A stretch of 64,000 nt of DNA from an uncultured Gemmatimonadales bacterium (GTDB lineage: Bacteria; Gemmatimonadota; Gemmatimonadetes; Gemmatimonadales; Gemmatimonadaceae): the NCBI GenBank assembly GCA_963793305.1, contig CAWBZV010000002.1, forward strand, positions 320,001 to 384,000, written 5' to 3'. Made by a program: the position numbers and the translations under genes. Positions 1 to 9,670 of this stretch are shown piece by piece. Position 1 is the first letter of the stretch. Every line of letters begins with the position of its first letter. The notes below the pieces were generated by a model. It worked only from the letters and a program-made list of their open reading frames with translations, ran no database searches and was not told where the DNA came from.

Positions 1-196
1 GGATGAAGATCAACGCCTCGACGATGGTCGGCGCGGCGTGGCCGACGTTGAGTGTCCCCGGAATTTTCTCGTCGGGGATGGTGTGGCGGGCTTTGTACGC
101 CGCGGTCGTCGTGGCGAACGACCCGACCCCTAAGGCGTCGAGGAAATTCGAACCGAAACCTACCGCGAGCTCATAGAGTGTCGGACGCTGAATCAA
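1..196 (-). CDS. Sulfite exporter TauE/SafE (TSUP) family permease, 5' part (runs off the window edge)
   Basis: Not in the ORF track. My translation from TTG at 196 (overlapping the upstream TGA) gives IQRPTLYELAVGFGSNFLDALGVGSFATTTAAYKARHTIPDEKIPGTLNVGHAAPTIVEALIF, which matches the 'NFxDxLGIGSFATTT..IPGTLNVGH' TSUP signature. Confidence 0.75.
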   Translation of the reverse strand, partial: MIQRPTLYELAVGFGSNFLDALGVGSFATTTAAYKARHTIPDEKIPGTLNVGHAAPTIVEALIFI

Positions 197-1089
197 GGCC
201 CCTGTCCCATGAATTTCCGTGTCGCGAAGTTAATGCCTTGCGCCGTGGTCTGCCCTTTATACGACAGACCCCCGATCGCCGCAAAATGCGACATGTACGT
301 ATTCATGGTATTGATGAACTGCATGCCGGCATTCTCGAGCGTCCGCGCCTCGGGCTGGACATCGGCCGGCGAATGGACCTTCTGCTTGATCTCCTTGAGC
401 GCCGTCGCGCGCAAGTCCGTGTAGCCATACAAGAACTGCGTGGCCAACCACCGGCGCTCGGCGTGCGCCAGGTGCTCCTGCGCGACGAGCGGGAGGCGAG
501 GGAACGCGGTCGGCAGCGACCGCACGAAGGCCGCGCGGGACTCGCTCGTGCTCCGGGGCTGTCCGGCGAGGGCGGCCACGCAATCGCTCGACGAAAAGAA
601 TGCGTCGATCGCGCGCTGCGTCACGACGAAGCTGTCGGACCGGGCGACCAGCGGCGCGTGTCGCTCAGCCAACGCCAGCCACCGCGCGGTGAACTGATCC
701 TTCGGTGCGAGCCTGATCGACAAGTCCCAATCCGACTCGCGCATGAACGCCCGGTCCATCGCTGGCCCGCTCCGAAACACATCGGCGACGCGGTGCACCT
801 GCGGCAGCACCTTGGCGATTTTCGCCGGGTCGTTCTTGAACTCGTCGAGAACGATCGCCCGGATCTGCGCTTGCTCGTCGGCGCTGAGCGGACTCCCAAG
901 AACGCCGGCGTCGATATCGATGACGTTGTCCAGGCTCTCCTGGGTGTACGCGTATTGTCCGGATTGAACCAACTGGACGGTGCGTACCGGCCGGACCGTT
1001 CTCACCGTGTCGCCGGTGCGGCACGGTGACTGCCCGCAAACGGCAAGCGCCGAGCTTGCGCTGCACAGCGCCACCAACAGCAGTCGCAT
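193..1089 (-). CDS. Hypothetical exported protein
   Basis: 298-aa ORF with an N-terminal signal peptide (MRLLLVALCSASSALA), co-oriented 10 bp downstream of htrA. Confidence 0.7.
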   Translation of the reverse strand: MRLLLVALCSASSALAVCGQSPCRTGDTVRTVRPVRTVQLVQSGQYAYTQESLDNVIDIDAGVLGSPLSADEQAQIRAIVLDEFKNDPAKIAKVLPQVHRVADVFRSGPAMDRAFMRESDWDLSIRLAPKDQFTARWLALAERHAPLVARSDSFVVTQRAIDAFFSSSDCVAALAGQPRSTSESRAAFVRSLPTAFPRLPLVAQEHLAHAERRWLATQFLYGYTDLRATALKEIKQKVHSPADVQPEARTLENAGMQFINTMNTYMSHFAAIGGLSYKGQTTAQGINFATRKFMGQGP

Positions 1090-1099
1090 CCGAACGAGC

Positions 1100-2542
1100 T
1101 TACGGCGTGAGCTGGACGTTCACGACGCGCGTCGTTTGCCCCTGTACCGAGTACACCTGCAGGCTGACGACGCCCCTCGGCGCGCGGGAGATCGCGTTGT
1201 GCAGATCCTCGGTGCTCCGGATCGACCGCGGCGCGCCGGCGCCAAGCGCCTCGGTGATGATATCGCCCGGCTGCAGCAGCCCCGCGGCGGGCCCGGACGG
1301 GTCGACGCGTTCGATGATCAGTCCCTGCGTGCTCGACGGTAGCTGAAGCTGCGCGATCATGTCGGGAGTCACGGGCGCGACGCCGACTCCCAGTCGCGCA
1401 CCACCGGTCACTCCCGCGCCGCTGGCGGTGGTCTGCGCTTCGTCCGGCGGCTCGCCAAGCTTGACTTGCAGCGTGCGCTTCGTGCCGAAGCGCTGCACGT
1501 CCACCGAAACCGTCTGCCCCGGTTGAAAATCGATCAGCAAACGTTGCAGCGTCGACACCCGGTCGACGGGTCGCCCGTTCATGGCGATGATGACATTGCC
1601 AGGTTGCAATCCGGCTTTCGCGGCCGGGCTGCTCCGGTCACCCACGCCGCCGACCAAGACACCGCGGATCTCGTTGAGACCCGCGGCCCGCGCATCGGCG
1701 GGCCCCACATCCTGCACGCTGACTCCCAGGATCGCATGATGGGCTCGCCCGTCTTTGCGCAACTCATCCATGATGATGCGCGCGATGCTGACCGGCACCG
1801 CAAAGCCGTAGCCCGCATAGCTGCCGGTGGGGCTCGCGATCGCCGTATTGATCCCGATCACGCGACCCTGGAGATCGAGGAGCGGTCCGCCCGAGTTGCC
1901 GGGATTGATGACCGCGTCCGTCTGGAGAAAGTCGACGACGGCATAGCGCGGCGTGAAGAGATCGCGGAGCTGTCCGCCCCGCCCCTTCGCGCTGATAATC
2001 CCCGACGTCACCGTGAAGTTGAGACCGAGCGGGTTGCCAACCGCCATGACGCCGTCGCCAACCTGAACGGTACTGTCGTCGCCAAGCGACAAGGTTGGCA
2101 GATCGGTCGCGTCGATCTTGATCAGCGCGACTTCCGTTGACGGATCGCGGCCGATGACCTTCGCGGTAAAGATCCGCCGGTCCGACAGTCCGACAGTCAC
2201 GCGCGTCGCATTCGCGACGACGTGATTATTCGTCAGGATGTAGCCGTCCGATGTCACGATGAAGCCGGAGCCGAGTCCTTCGGTCGGCTGCGGCTCGCCA
2301 CCACCGAACGAGCCGAACTGGGCGTTGCTGTCCGGTCGGAACACGGACTGGATAGCCACCACCGCCGGCGTGACCTGCTTCGCCAGCGGCGCAAGCGTCG
2401 CCGTGATGCGTGGCACACCAACCTCGGTCGTAACCGGGTCGGCGATGGCGCCCGCCTCGGAGGCCGTCCGAACGGGCGTGGATGTCTGTTGCTTGCACGC
2501 TACGGCAAGCACGAGGATGGAAACCGCGAGCCTTAAGCGCAT
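1100..2542 (-). CDS. htrA: HtrA/DegP-like serine protease with two PDZ domains (probable lipoprotein)
   Basis: GSGFIV, TNNHVV and QTDAVINPGNSGGPL motifs, two PDZ domains. Start moved to ATG 2542 (MRLRLAVSILVLAVAC lipobox). Confidence 0.92.
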   Translation of the reverse strand: MRLRLAVSILVLAVACKQQTSTPVRTASEAGAIADPVTTEVGVPRITATLAPLAKQVTPAVVAIQSVFRPDSNAQFGSFGGGEPQPTEGLGSGFIVTSDGYILTNNHVVANATRVTVGLSDRRIFTAKVIGRDPSTEVALIKIDATDLPTLSLGDDSTVQVGDGVMAVGNPLGLNFTVTSGIISAKGRGGQLRDLFTPRYAVVDFLQTDAVINPGNSGGPLLDLQGRVIGINTAIASPTGSYAGYGFAVPVSIARIIMDELRKDGRAHHAILGVSVQDVGPADARAAGLNEIRGVLVGGVGDRSSPAAKAGLQPGNVIIAMNGRPVDRVSTLQRLLIDFQPGQTVSVDVQRFGTKRTLQVKLGEPPDEAQTTASGAGVTGGARLGVGVAPVTPDMIAQLQLPSSTQGLIIERVDPSGPAAGLLQPGDIITEALGAGAPRSIRSTEDLHNAISRAPRGVVSLQVYSVQGQTTRVVNVQLTP

Positions 2543-2548
2543 ATCAAA

Positions 2549-2554
2549 ATAGTA
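2549..2554 (-). promoter_or_regulatory. -10 element (TACTAT) of a probable leaderless htrA promoter
   Basis: TACTAT lies exactly 6 nt upstream of ATG 2542, with no SD. Confidence 0.5.
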
Positions 2555-2621
2555 CTGCAAAACTCGGACTGTTGGCCGCATTTGGCGCCTGGCGGGCTGA
2601 GCAGCACAAATTCGGAGCACT

Positions 2622-3266
2622 ATGGCCACTGGATCCGCCAATCTCGAAGTCTTCGTCCGCGACGCGCTGTCGCGCGGGCAAACGCGAACGGAGATCACGC
2701 GCGTGCTCGCCGAGGCGGGTTGGCCGGCGGAGCAGGTGACGCTCGCCCTGAGCGCTTACGCCGACGTCGCGTTCCCCGTGCCGGTGCCGCGCCCCCGCGC
2801 CTCGCTCTCGGCGCGCGAGGCTTTTCTCTACCTCGTGCTCTTCACCGCGCTCTATCTCAGCGCGTTCAATCTCGGAATCATTCTGTTTCAGTTGATCGAT
2901 CGCGCTTTTCCGGATGCCGCGACGTTGCGGTATGAGCTCTCGGGTTACAGTGAGACGATTCGCTGGGCGGTCGCCGGGCTCGTCGTCGCGTTCCCCATCT
3001 TCCTGTGGATCTCGACCTATGTCGGTCGCGAGGTCGCCGCGAATCCGGCCGGCCGGCTGTCGCCCGTTCGGCGCTGGTGTACGTATCTCACGCTGTTCAT
3101 CGCGGTGGCGTGTTTGATTGGCGATGCGACGGCGCTGGTCTACAATCTCCTGAGCGGGGAGCTCACCAGTCGCTTCGTGCTCAAAGTGCTGGTGGTCGCG
3201 CTCATCGCCGGGACGACACTCATGTACTACCTGCGCGATCTGCGCCAGGGGGAGCGGCCGACGTGA
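2622..3266 (+). CDS. DUF5671 domain membrane protein
   Basis: N-terminal 'LEVFVRDAL..G..R.EI..VL..AGW', then 'AREAFLYLVLF' and 'VRRWCTYLTLFIA..LIGD...LVYNLLSGELT.RFVLK'. About 4 TM segments. Confidence 0.8.
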   Translation: MATGSANLEVFVRDALSRGQTRTEITRVLAEAGWPAEQVTLALSAYADVAFPVPVPRPRASLSAREAFLYLVLFTALYLSAFNLGIILFQLIDRAFPDAATLRYELSGYSETIRWAVAGLVVAFPIFLWISTYVGREVAANPAGRLSPVRRWCTYLTLFIAVACLIGDATALVYNLLSGELTSRFVLKVLVVALIAGTTLMYYLRDLRQGERPT

Positions 3267-3688
3267 TGGCACGCGGTCGGGTGAATGTTCTGGCGATCGT
3301 CGCGATCGTGGTCGTCGCGGCGACGGTGACCGCGGGGCTCTTCGTCGCTGGCGGCCCGGGCGCCGCCCGCCAGCACCGTCTCGATGAGCGGCGCACACAG
3401 GACCTCGAGATGCTGACGTTCGCGATCCAACGCCACTACAATCGCCACCGTGCGCCGCCGCCGTCGCTCGATACCCTGCGCGTCGAACACGAGATAAACG
3501 ACGTGCCGGCCGATCCGGAGACGCGCGCCCCGTACCGTTATGAAGTCACAGGCCCGGCCGGCTATCGACTGTGCGCGACCTTCCAAACGCGGTCCGATGA
3601 CACGTTCGGGCGGTCATCGTGGGCGCACGATACCGGCTCGGTTTGTTTCGATCGCGGGCCGTTGACACCGGACCGCAACGCCAATTAA
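3266..3688 (+). CDS. Single-pass membrane protein, pilin-like partner of DUF5671
   Basis: ATG overlaps the upstream stop (TGATG). N-terminal TM, then 'RLDERRTQDL', 'DPETRAPYRY...YRLCATF' and a second Cys (VCF). Confidence 0.7.
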   Translation: MARGRVNVLAIVAIVVVAATVTAGLFVAGGPGAARQHRLDERRTQDLEMLTFAIQRHYNRHRAPPPSLDTLRVEHEINDVPADPETRAPYRYEVTGPAGYRLCATFQTRSDDTFGRSSWAHDTGSVCFDRGPLTPDRNAN

Positions 3689-3700
3689 AGCATCACTCCT

Positions 3701-4621
3701 ATGTCCCTTCTCTCACTCGAACGCGTCACGAAGCGCTTCGACGGCATTGTCGCGGTCGATGACGTGTCGTTCACCATTGATCGTGGTCAAGTCGTCGGAT
3801 TCCTCGGCCCCAACGGCGCCGGGAAGTCGACCACGATGCGGATGATCACGCAGTACTTCGAGCCCGACGGCGGCAGCATTCGGTTCGACGGCACCCCACT
3901 GGCCGAGGCCGGCATCGAGGCCAAACGGCGCATCGGATTCCTGCCCGAGAACAACCCGCTATATGGCGAGATGCTCGTCGCCGAGTACCTCGATTTCGTG
4001 GCGCGGCTCCGCGACCTCGAGGGGGTAGACCGGCGTCGGGCGATCGACGAGGCCGTCGCCGCAACGGCGATCGAAGCCGTGTACAATCGACCGATCAGCG
4101 AGCTCTCGAAAGGATTCCGCCAGCGCGTCGGGCTGGCGGCCGCGATTCTGCATTGGCCCGACCTCCTCGTGCTCGACGAGCCCACCGAAGGGCTCGACCC
4201 CAATCAACGGGTCGAGATCCGGCAACTGATCAGCCACCTCGGTCGGGAACGTACCGTGATCCTGTCGACGCACGTGCTCGGCGAAGTCCAGTACACGTGC
4301 TCGCGACTGCTCATCATCAATCGCGGAAAAATCGTCGCCGATGATGCAGTGGACACGCTTCTCACCCGCGCCACTGCCGGGATTCGTATCAGCGTCGAGG
4401 TCGCCGGCCCGGGCGCCGAGCAAGCACTGGGTGGCCTCCCTGATGTGCGCGCGGTCGAATCGCACGAGGGCGTCGATGGACGCCAACGATTCACCATAGT
4501 CGCATCAGACGATATCCGCCCGACTATTTTCACGCTCGCCAAGGACCGCGGCTGGATGCTCTATGAGCTCCATCAAGAGGCTGGTAATCTCGAAGATTTG
4601 TTCCGGGAGCTGACGGTATGA
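3701..4621 (+). CDS. ABC transporter ATP-binding protein (GldA-like)
   Basis: Walker A GPNGAGKS, signature LSKGFRQR, Walker B LVLDEPT. Confidence 0.93.
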   Translation: MSLLSLERVTKRFDGIVAVDDVSFTIDRGQVVGFLGPNGAGKSTTMRMITQYFEPDGGSIRFDGTPLAEAGIEAKRRIGFLPENNPLYGEMLVAEYLDFVARLRDLEGVDRRRAIDEAVAATAIEAVYNRPISELSKGFRQRVGLAAAILHWPDLLVLDEPTEGLDPNQRVEIRQLISHLGRERTVILSTHVLGEVQYTCSRLLIINRGKIVADDAVDTLLTRATAGIRISVEVAGPGAEQALGGLPDVRAVESHEGVDGRQRFTIVASDDIRPTIFTLAKDRGWMLYELHQEAGNLEDLFRELTV

Positions 4622-6819
4622 CCGGCCGTATATGGACCGTCGCGCGGCGTGAGGTGCGGGCGATGCTCGATCACCCAACGGGCTATGTCCTGCTCGTGGT
4701 CTTCGTGGGCATCAACGCTTTCCTGTTCTTCCGGCAGGCCTACTTGATCGGCGCCGCGAGCCTGCGGCCGATGCTCGATCTCCTGCCATGGTTACTGCTG
4801 TTCATCGTGCCCGCCGTCACCATGCGAACGCTGGCCGAGGACCGGAAGAGCGGCGTGCTCGAGGTCGTGCTCACGCAGCCGATCACAGAGCTCGAGCTCG
4901 TCCTGGGCAAGTACCTGGGCGCTGTCCTGTTCCTCTGGCTCGCACTCGCGCTGACGCTCGTGATCCCGATCGGACTCGCGTTGGGCTCGTCACTCCAGTG
5001 GGGAACGCTCACCGCGCAATACATCGGCGCCGCCCTCTTGATCGGGAGCCTCACCGGCATTGGCGTGTGGGCGTCGAGCCTGACCGAAAGCCAGATCACA
5101 GCCTACATCCTCGCGGTCGCCGTGATGTTCGTCGCGCTCCTCATCGGGCTCGACCCCGTGACCGGCGCGCTTCCGCCGACCCTGGGCGCCATCGCCGCGC
5201 GACTCGGCGTGCTCTCCCACTTCGAGAGCATCGGCCGCGGCGTCATCGACCTGCGCGACGTGATCTACTTTCTCTCGGTCGCCGGGATCTTCCTTGCGCT
5301 CGCCTACGGGTCCGTCGTGGGCCGCAAGCTCGCGCGCGGTGGCGTAGCGAGCCGGCAGCTCCGGCTCGGCGTCACGATCGCCACCGCCACCCTGATCGTC
5401 GTGAATCTGCTCGGCAGCTATATCGGCGGCCGACTCGACCTGACGCCAGGCCACGCCTACACGCTCTCACCCGCGACCAAGCAGATCGTCGGATCCCTCG
5501 ACGACATCGTCACGATCAACGTCTTCGCGTCCGACGAGCTGCCGACCAGCGTCTCGCTCCTCAAGCGCGATCTCGACGACCTCCTGCGCGACCTGCACAC
5601 GGCCGGCCATGGCAAGATTCGGATCATCCGCCGCAATCCGAGCAAAGACGAGACGGCGAAGAAGGACGCCGAGAGCCTCGGCGTCGAGCCCGTCGAGTTC
5701 AATGTCATTGGCCAATCGGAGCTGCAAGTGAAGCAAGGCTACCTCGGCCTTGCCATCCAATATGGCAAGGGCACGCAGGCGATCCCATTCGTCGGGCGCA
5801 CGGATGATCTGGAATACCGCCTGGCCTCGGATATTCGCACGCTCACGCGTTCGAAGAAGCCGGCGATTGGCATCGTGGCCGACGAGCGAGACCAGACACT
5901 CCGCGTCGACCAACTCCGCGCCGAGCTCGCCAAAGCGTACGATGTCCGATCGGTCTCGTTGACGGACACGGCCCAACCGGCGCGCGATGTCTCCACGCTG
6001 GTGTTGGTCGGCCCGGCCGAGTCGCTGTCGACGGCGGCCACGCAACGCCTGCTCCAGTTCTTTCATCGTGGTGGGAGCGCCCTGGTTCTGGCGAGCGCGA
6101 TGACGATCTCGCAACAGATGCCAATGGCGATGCCACGCCCCATTGGCTGGAACGACGTGCTGCGCCCGTTCGGCGTATCGGTCAACGCCAACATGGTCTA
6201 CGACCTCGTCGCCAACGAAGTCGTGCCCGTGCGTGCGTCGGGCGGACTCCAGGTGCTCGAGCGCTACCCGCTGTTCATTCGTGCCAAGAGCACGGGCGCA
6301 TTAGTCGTCAGCGAGGGCGTGAACGATGTGTTGCTCGCCTGGGCCAGCAGCCTCGATACCTCGGCCACCGCGGGATGGACGGTGACGCCGCTGCTCGTGT
6401 CGAGCGACGGCGCCGGCCTCGCCACCGGTGAGACGATGATCGACCCGGCCAGGGCGACGTTCCCGCAGACCAACCTCGGGCCCCGGGTGCTGGCGGTACA
6501 GGTCGCGCCGCGATCGTCCAGCGATACCGCGAAACGGGGGCGCGTGATCGTCGTTGGCGACGCGATGTTCGCCAGCGACCAGTTCACCCAACACGCGCCC
6601 GACAACCTCTCGTTCGCGTTGAACGCGGTCGACTGGCTGGCGCAAGACGAGTCGTTGATCTCGATCCGGTCAAAGGACCGGAGCCCGCCGTCGTTGAGCT
6701 TCTCGAGCGCCGTCCTGCGAGAGGGCGTCAAGTACTTCAACGTGATCGGCGTGCCAGTGCTCATCATCCTCTTCGGCATGACGCACCTCACGCGCCGCTG
6801 GAGGCGGTCGCATGCGTAA
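4618..6819 (+). CDS. ABC-2 permease fused to GldG-like auxiliary domain (GldF-GldG fusion)
   Basis: N-terminal multi-TM permease (TMRTLAEDRKSG..E, RGVIDLRDVIYF), then RLDLT...YTLS.AT and a C-terminal 'NAVDWL..DE.LI.IRSK' plus TM. Confidence 0.88.
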   Translation: MTGRIWTVARREVRAMLDHPTGYVLLVVFVGINAFLFFRQAYLIGAASLRPMLDLLPWLLLFIVPAVTMRTLAEDRKSGVLEVVLTQPITELELVLGKYLGAVLFLWLALALTLVIPIGLALGSSLQWGTLTAQYIGAALLIGSLTGIGVWASSLTESQITAYILAVAVMFVALLIGLDPVTGALPPTLGAIAARLGVLSHFESIGRGVIDLRDVIYFLSVAGIFLALAYGSVVGRKLARGGVASRQLRLGVTIATATLIVVNLLGSYIGGRLDLTPGHAYTLSPATKQIVGSLDDIVTINVFASDELPTSVSLLKRDLDDLLRDLHTAGHGKIRIIRRNPSKDETAKKDAESLGVEPVEFNVIGQSELQVKQGYLGLAIQYGKGTQAIPFVGRTDDLEYRLASDIRTLTRSKKPAIGIVADERDQTLRVDQLRAELAKAYDVRSVSLTDTAQPARDVSTLVLVGPAESLSTAATQRLLQFFHRGGSALVLASAMTISQQMPMAMPRPIGWNDVLRPFGVSVNANMVYDLVANEVVPVRASGGLQVLERYPLFIRAKSTGALVVSEGVNDVLLAWASSLDTSATAGWTVTPLLVSSDGAGLATGETMIDPARATFPQTNLGPRVLAVQVAPRSSSDTAKRGRVIVVGDAMFASDQFTQHAPDNLSFALNAVDWLAQDESLISIRSKDRSPPSLSFSSAVLREGVKYFNVIGVPVLIILFGMTHLTRRWRRSHA

Positions 6820-7624
6820 ACAGCAGCTGATGCGGCTCCTCGGCGCGTTTGGCGCGGCCCTGTTGTTGTGGGGCGTGCTCGCCGTTGTCCGTCGTCCGCC
6901 CAGCGACCGCGTCGAACACCTCGCGCTGCCGAAAGTCGACACGGGCGCGGTCGACACGATCGCGTTCGGCACGACCGTCCTGGCGCGCTCGGGCGCATCA
7001 TGGTGAGTGAATAATTATCTGGCGGACCCTGACGCAGTCGCCGCGATGCTCAGGGGGTTGGCCGACACGAGTGCCACCACCGAGCTCGTGGCCGAATCGA
7101 AGGCCTCTCACGCTCGACTCGGCGTGAGCGTCGATAGCGGGAAGCGCGTGCGCGTCGTCAGCCACGGGAAGCCCGTGCTCGATCTCATAGTCGGCCAGGG
7201 GATATATGTGCGCCGACCGAACGAAGATGCAGTCTATGCCATGCACGGCGGGATCGCGTCCGTCGCCTCCAAGAGCCTGGACGATTGGCGCGACAAGCGC
7301 ATCGTGTCCGTCGCACCGGAGAGCGTCGCGACCGCAACCGTGCAGCGCGGCGCGCACACGATCACGATGCGCCGCTTCGTCGGCGATACGACGAAGCTCA
7401 CGACGCTCCTGGGTTCGTATCGCGATTTGCGAGCGACCGGATTCGCCGACTCCATGAGCGCTCATCCAACACTGCGGGCGCGATTGCTCGGCAAGTCGGG
7501 AAACACGCTGGCCGATCTCGTGTTCGACTCGACTGCCGGCGGTGTGCGGGTGCGGGCGGACTCGGGTGGCACGGTCTTCCGCCTCGATACCTGGATGCTC
7601 GGCCAACTCGTGCCGGCGAAGTGA
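6812..7624 (+). pseudogene. DUF4340 domain protein interrupted by an in-frame TGA at 7004-7006
   Basis: ORFs 6812-7006 and 7007-7624 are in the same frame: ...GASW*VNNYLADPDAV..., 'IYVRRPNEDAVY', 'DWRDKRI'. DUF4340 typically follows GldG-like genes. Confidence 0.7.
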
Positions 7625-8303
7625 TCGCGCTGACGGTCGCGCTGTTGCAGGTCGCAACCTACACGCTGCCGACCGTCGAGCTGCCGCGGTACGTGTCCGA
7701 GGAGTCGGATATCATATGGTACCCGGTCGCTGGCTCGTCCATCCGCGACCTGCAGTCGCAGATGCGAGCCAACGGCCCGCACGACGACGCCGGCGCATTC
7801 GCCGGGTACACGCGCAACAGTACGTACTGGCACATCCATTGGCGGGAGGGGGGTGGTAGCTGCAGCGTGAGCGACGTCGCGGTCGCGACGTACGACACGG
7901 TCACGCTCCCCATGTGGTCCCCGGCGCCGAATGCCGATTCGGCATTGATGGCCGAGTGGTCTCGTTTCGTGACAATGCTGGGCCGCCACGAGGAGGGACA
8001 TCGCGATATCGCGATCGCCGGCGCCGGCGAGATCGCCCGAACGTTGGCAATGCTATCGCCGCAGGCCTCGTGCGCCGACCTCGCCGCGTCGGCGAATGCG
8101 CAGGGTCAAGCCATTCTGGCATCCGATCCAGACGACGACAGCAGCAGTACGACGACGAGACGAACCACGGCCAGCGACGCGGCACTGCGCTCGAGGACCC
8201 GACGTCAGCATCGAGTCCACGATTCCCTACGCTCGCCGTTCTCGCAACGTTCGCGGTGCTGGTGCCGTTCATCGTTTGGTGGCGCCGCTCTCGAACTCGT
8301 TGA
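7621..8303 (+). CDS. DUF922 family predicted Zn-dependent protease with C-terminal membrane anchor (frameshift near 8125)
   Basis: GTG 7621 overlaps the upstream stop. 'YPVAG....L...M...GP' and HEEGH motif. The family tail 'QQYDDETNHG' plus TM+RR continues in another frame to 8303. Confidence 0.75.
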
Positions 8304-8310
8304 GGGGGTT

Positions 8311-9651
8311 ATGAAGAGACTCGTTCTTCTGGTGCTCGTCGCGGGATGCTCCAGTTCCACCCCCACCTCCAGGCGGCGACCGGGTCCCTCTCCGTAACCG
8401 TGACGTCGCCCGTCGCTACCGTCACCGGCTTGACCGTGACGGGGCCCAAACGGCTTCACAAAGAGCATTACGTCCACCACGCACCTCAACGGGTCTTTCG
8501 CCCGGATCATACGTCAATCACGGCGCAGAGCTTCACGACCACGGATCCAATCGTCGCGACCGCGTATCAACGCGACGGTCACGGGGTCGCCCGCAACGGT
8601 ATCGGCGGGTGGAACCGCAACGTCAACGGTCAGCTACGCGACGCGACCTGGCAGTGGTGCGCTGTGGGTGGTGGGCGGAATCACGTCCGGATCGAACGTC
8701 CAGAATACCGCGATTGAATACACGGTCTCCCAACTGCAGGCGTCGAGCTCCGTCGCGCCCGCCGCGACGCTGAGCTTTCCCGTAACGACTGGTCGCAACA
8801 TCGACGCCAATGGCGTCGCGTTCGATGCCGCAGGGCAATATGTGGGTCGTCAATGACAACTCGAATACGGTCGTCGAGTATACCCCTTCGCCGCTCGGCG
8901 CGAACGGGTCACCCACGCCAGCGGTAACCATTCACTTGCCGGATTCGAGTTTCACGGACGGGCTCGCGCTCGATGCGAACGGCGATCTGTGGGTCGCGCT
9001 GCAAGATCCGAGCATCGTGGTCGAGTTCACGCCGGACCAGTTGAAGACGAGCGGCGCCCCGACGCCCGCCGTCACCATCACGGTCAAGGCGGGACCGCCG
9101 GGGACAGCCGGCACAGCCGGCGTTTCCGTTGGCGATCACGTTCGATGCGCAGGGTAGCCTGTGGGTCGTGAACACCGACGGGTTCGTGATCAAGTACACC
9201 ACGAGTCAGATCGCGTCGAGCGGCACGCCGGTGCCGGCGGTCAGTCTCCAGCCCTCAATCTTTCCGTACTTCGCGGCGTTCGACAAAGCTGGCAATCTCT
9301 GGCTCGCCGATGAAGCGTATGCCATCGGCGGCAACACGACCACGTACGTCGCCGGCCCGATCACGGAGTACGCCGCCGCGAGCCTCACGGCGTCGGGGTC
9401 GATATCCCCCACACGGACGCTGACGTTGCCGACTGGCAAGGCGGTCGTGTTTCCAGCGGCCATCGCATTCGACGCCAGCGGAAACCTCTGGTATTTGCGA
9501 TGTCTTCAACGCGACGCTCGGCGAATACACGGCGGCGCAACTCGCCGCGGGTGGCAACCCGTCACCGGCGATAACAATTGTCAACACGACGCCCGTCTAT
9601 GGCACGGGCCTGGCCTTCAATCCGAGCCTGGTGTTGTTGCCGTCGCACTGA
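8311..9651 (+). pseudogene. NHL-repeat beta-propeller lipoprotein, multiply frameshifted
   Basis: Lipobox MKRLVLLVLVAGC. Repeated 'AFDAxGNLWV...VEYTxxQL..SG.PTPAVTI' units continue across about 7-8 frame changes and end at ..GLAFNPSLVLLPSH* (TGA 9649-9651). Confidence 0.75.
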
Positions 9652-9670
9652 CGACACATATTGTGCGCCC

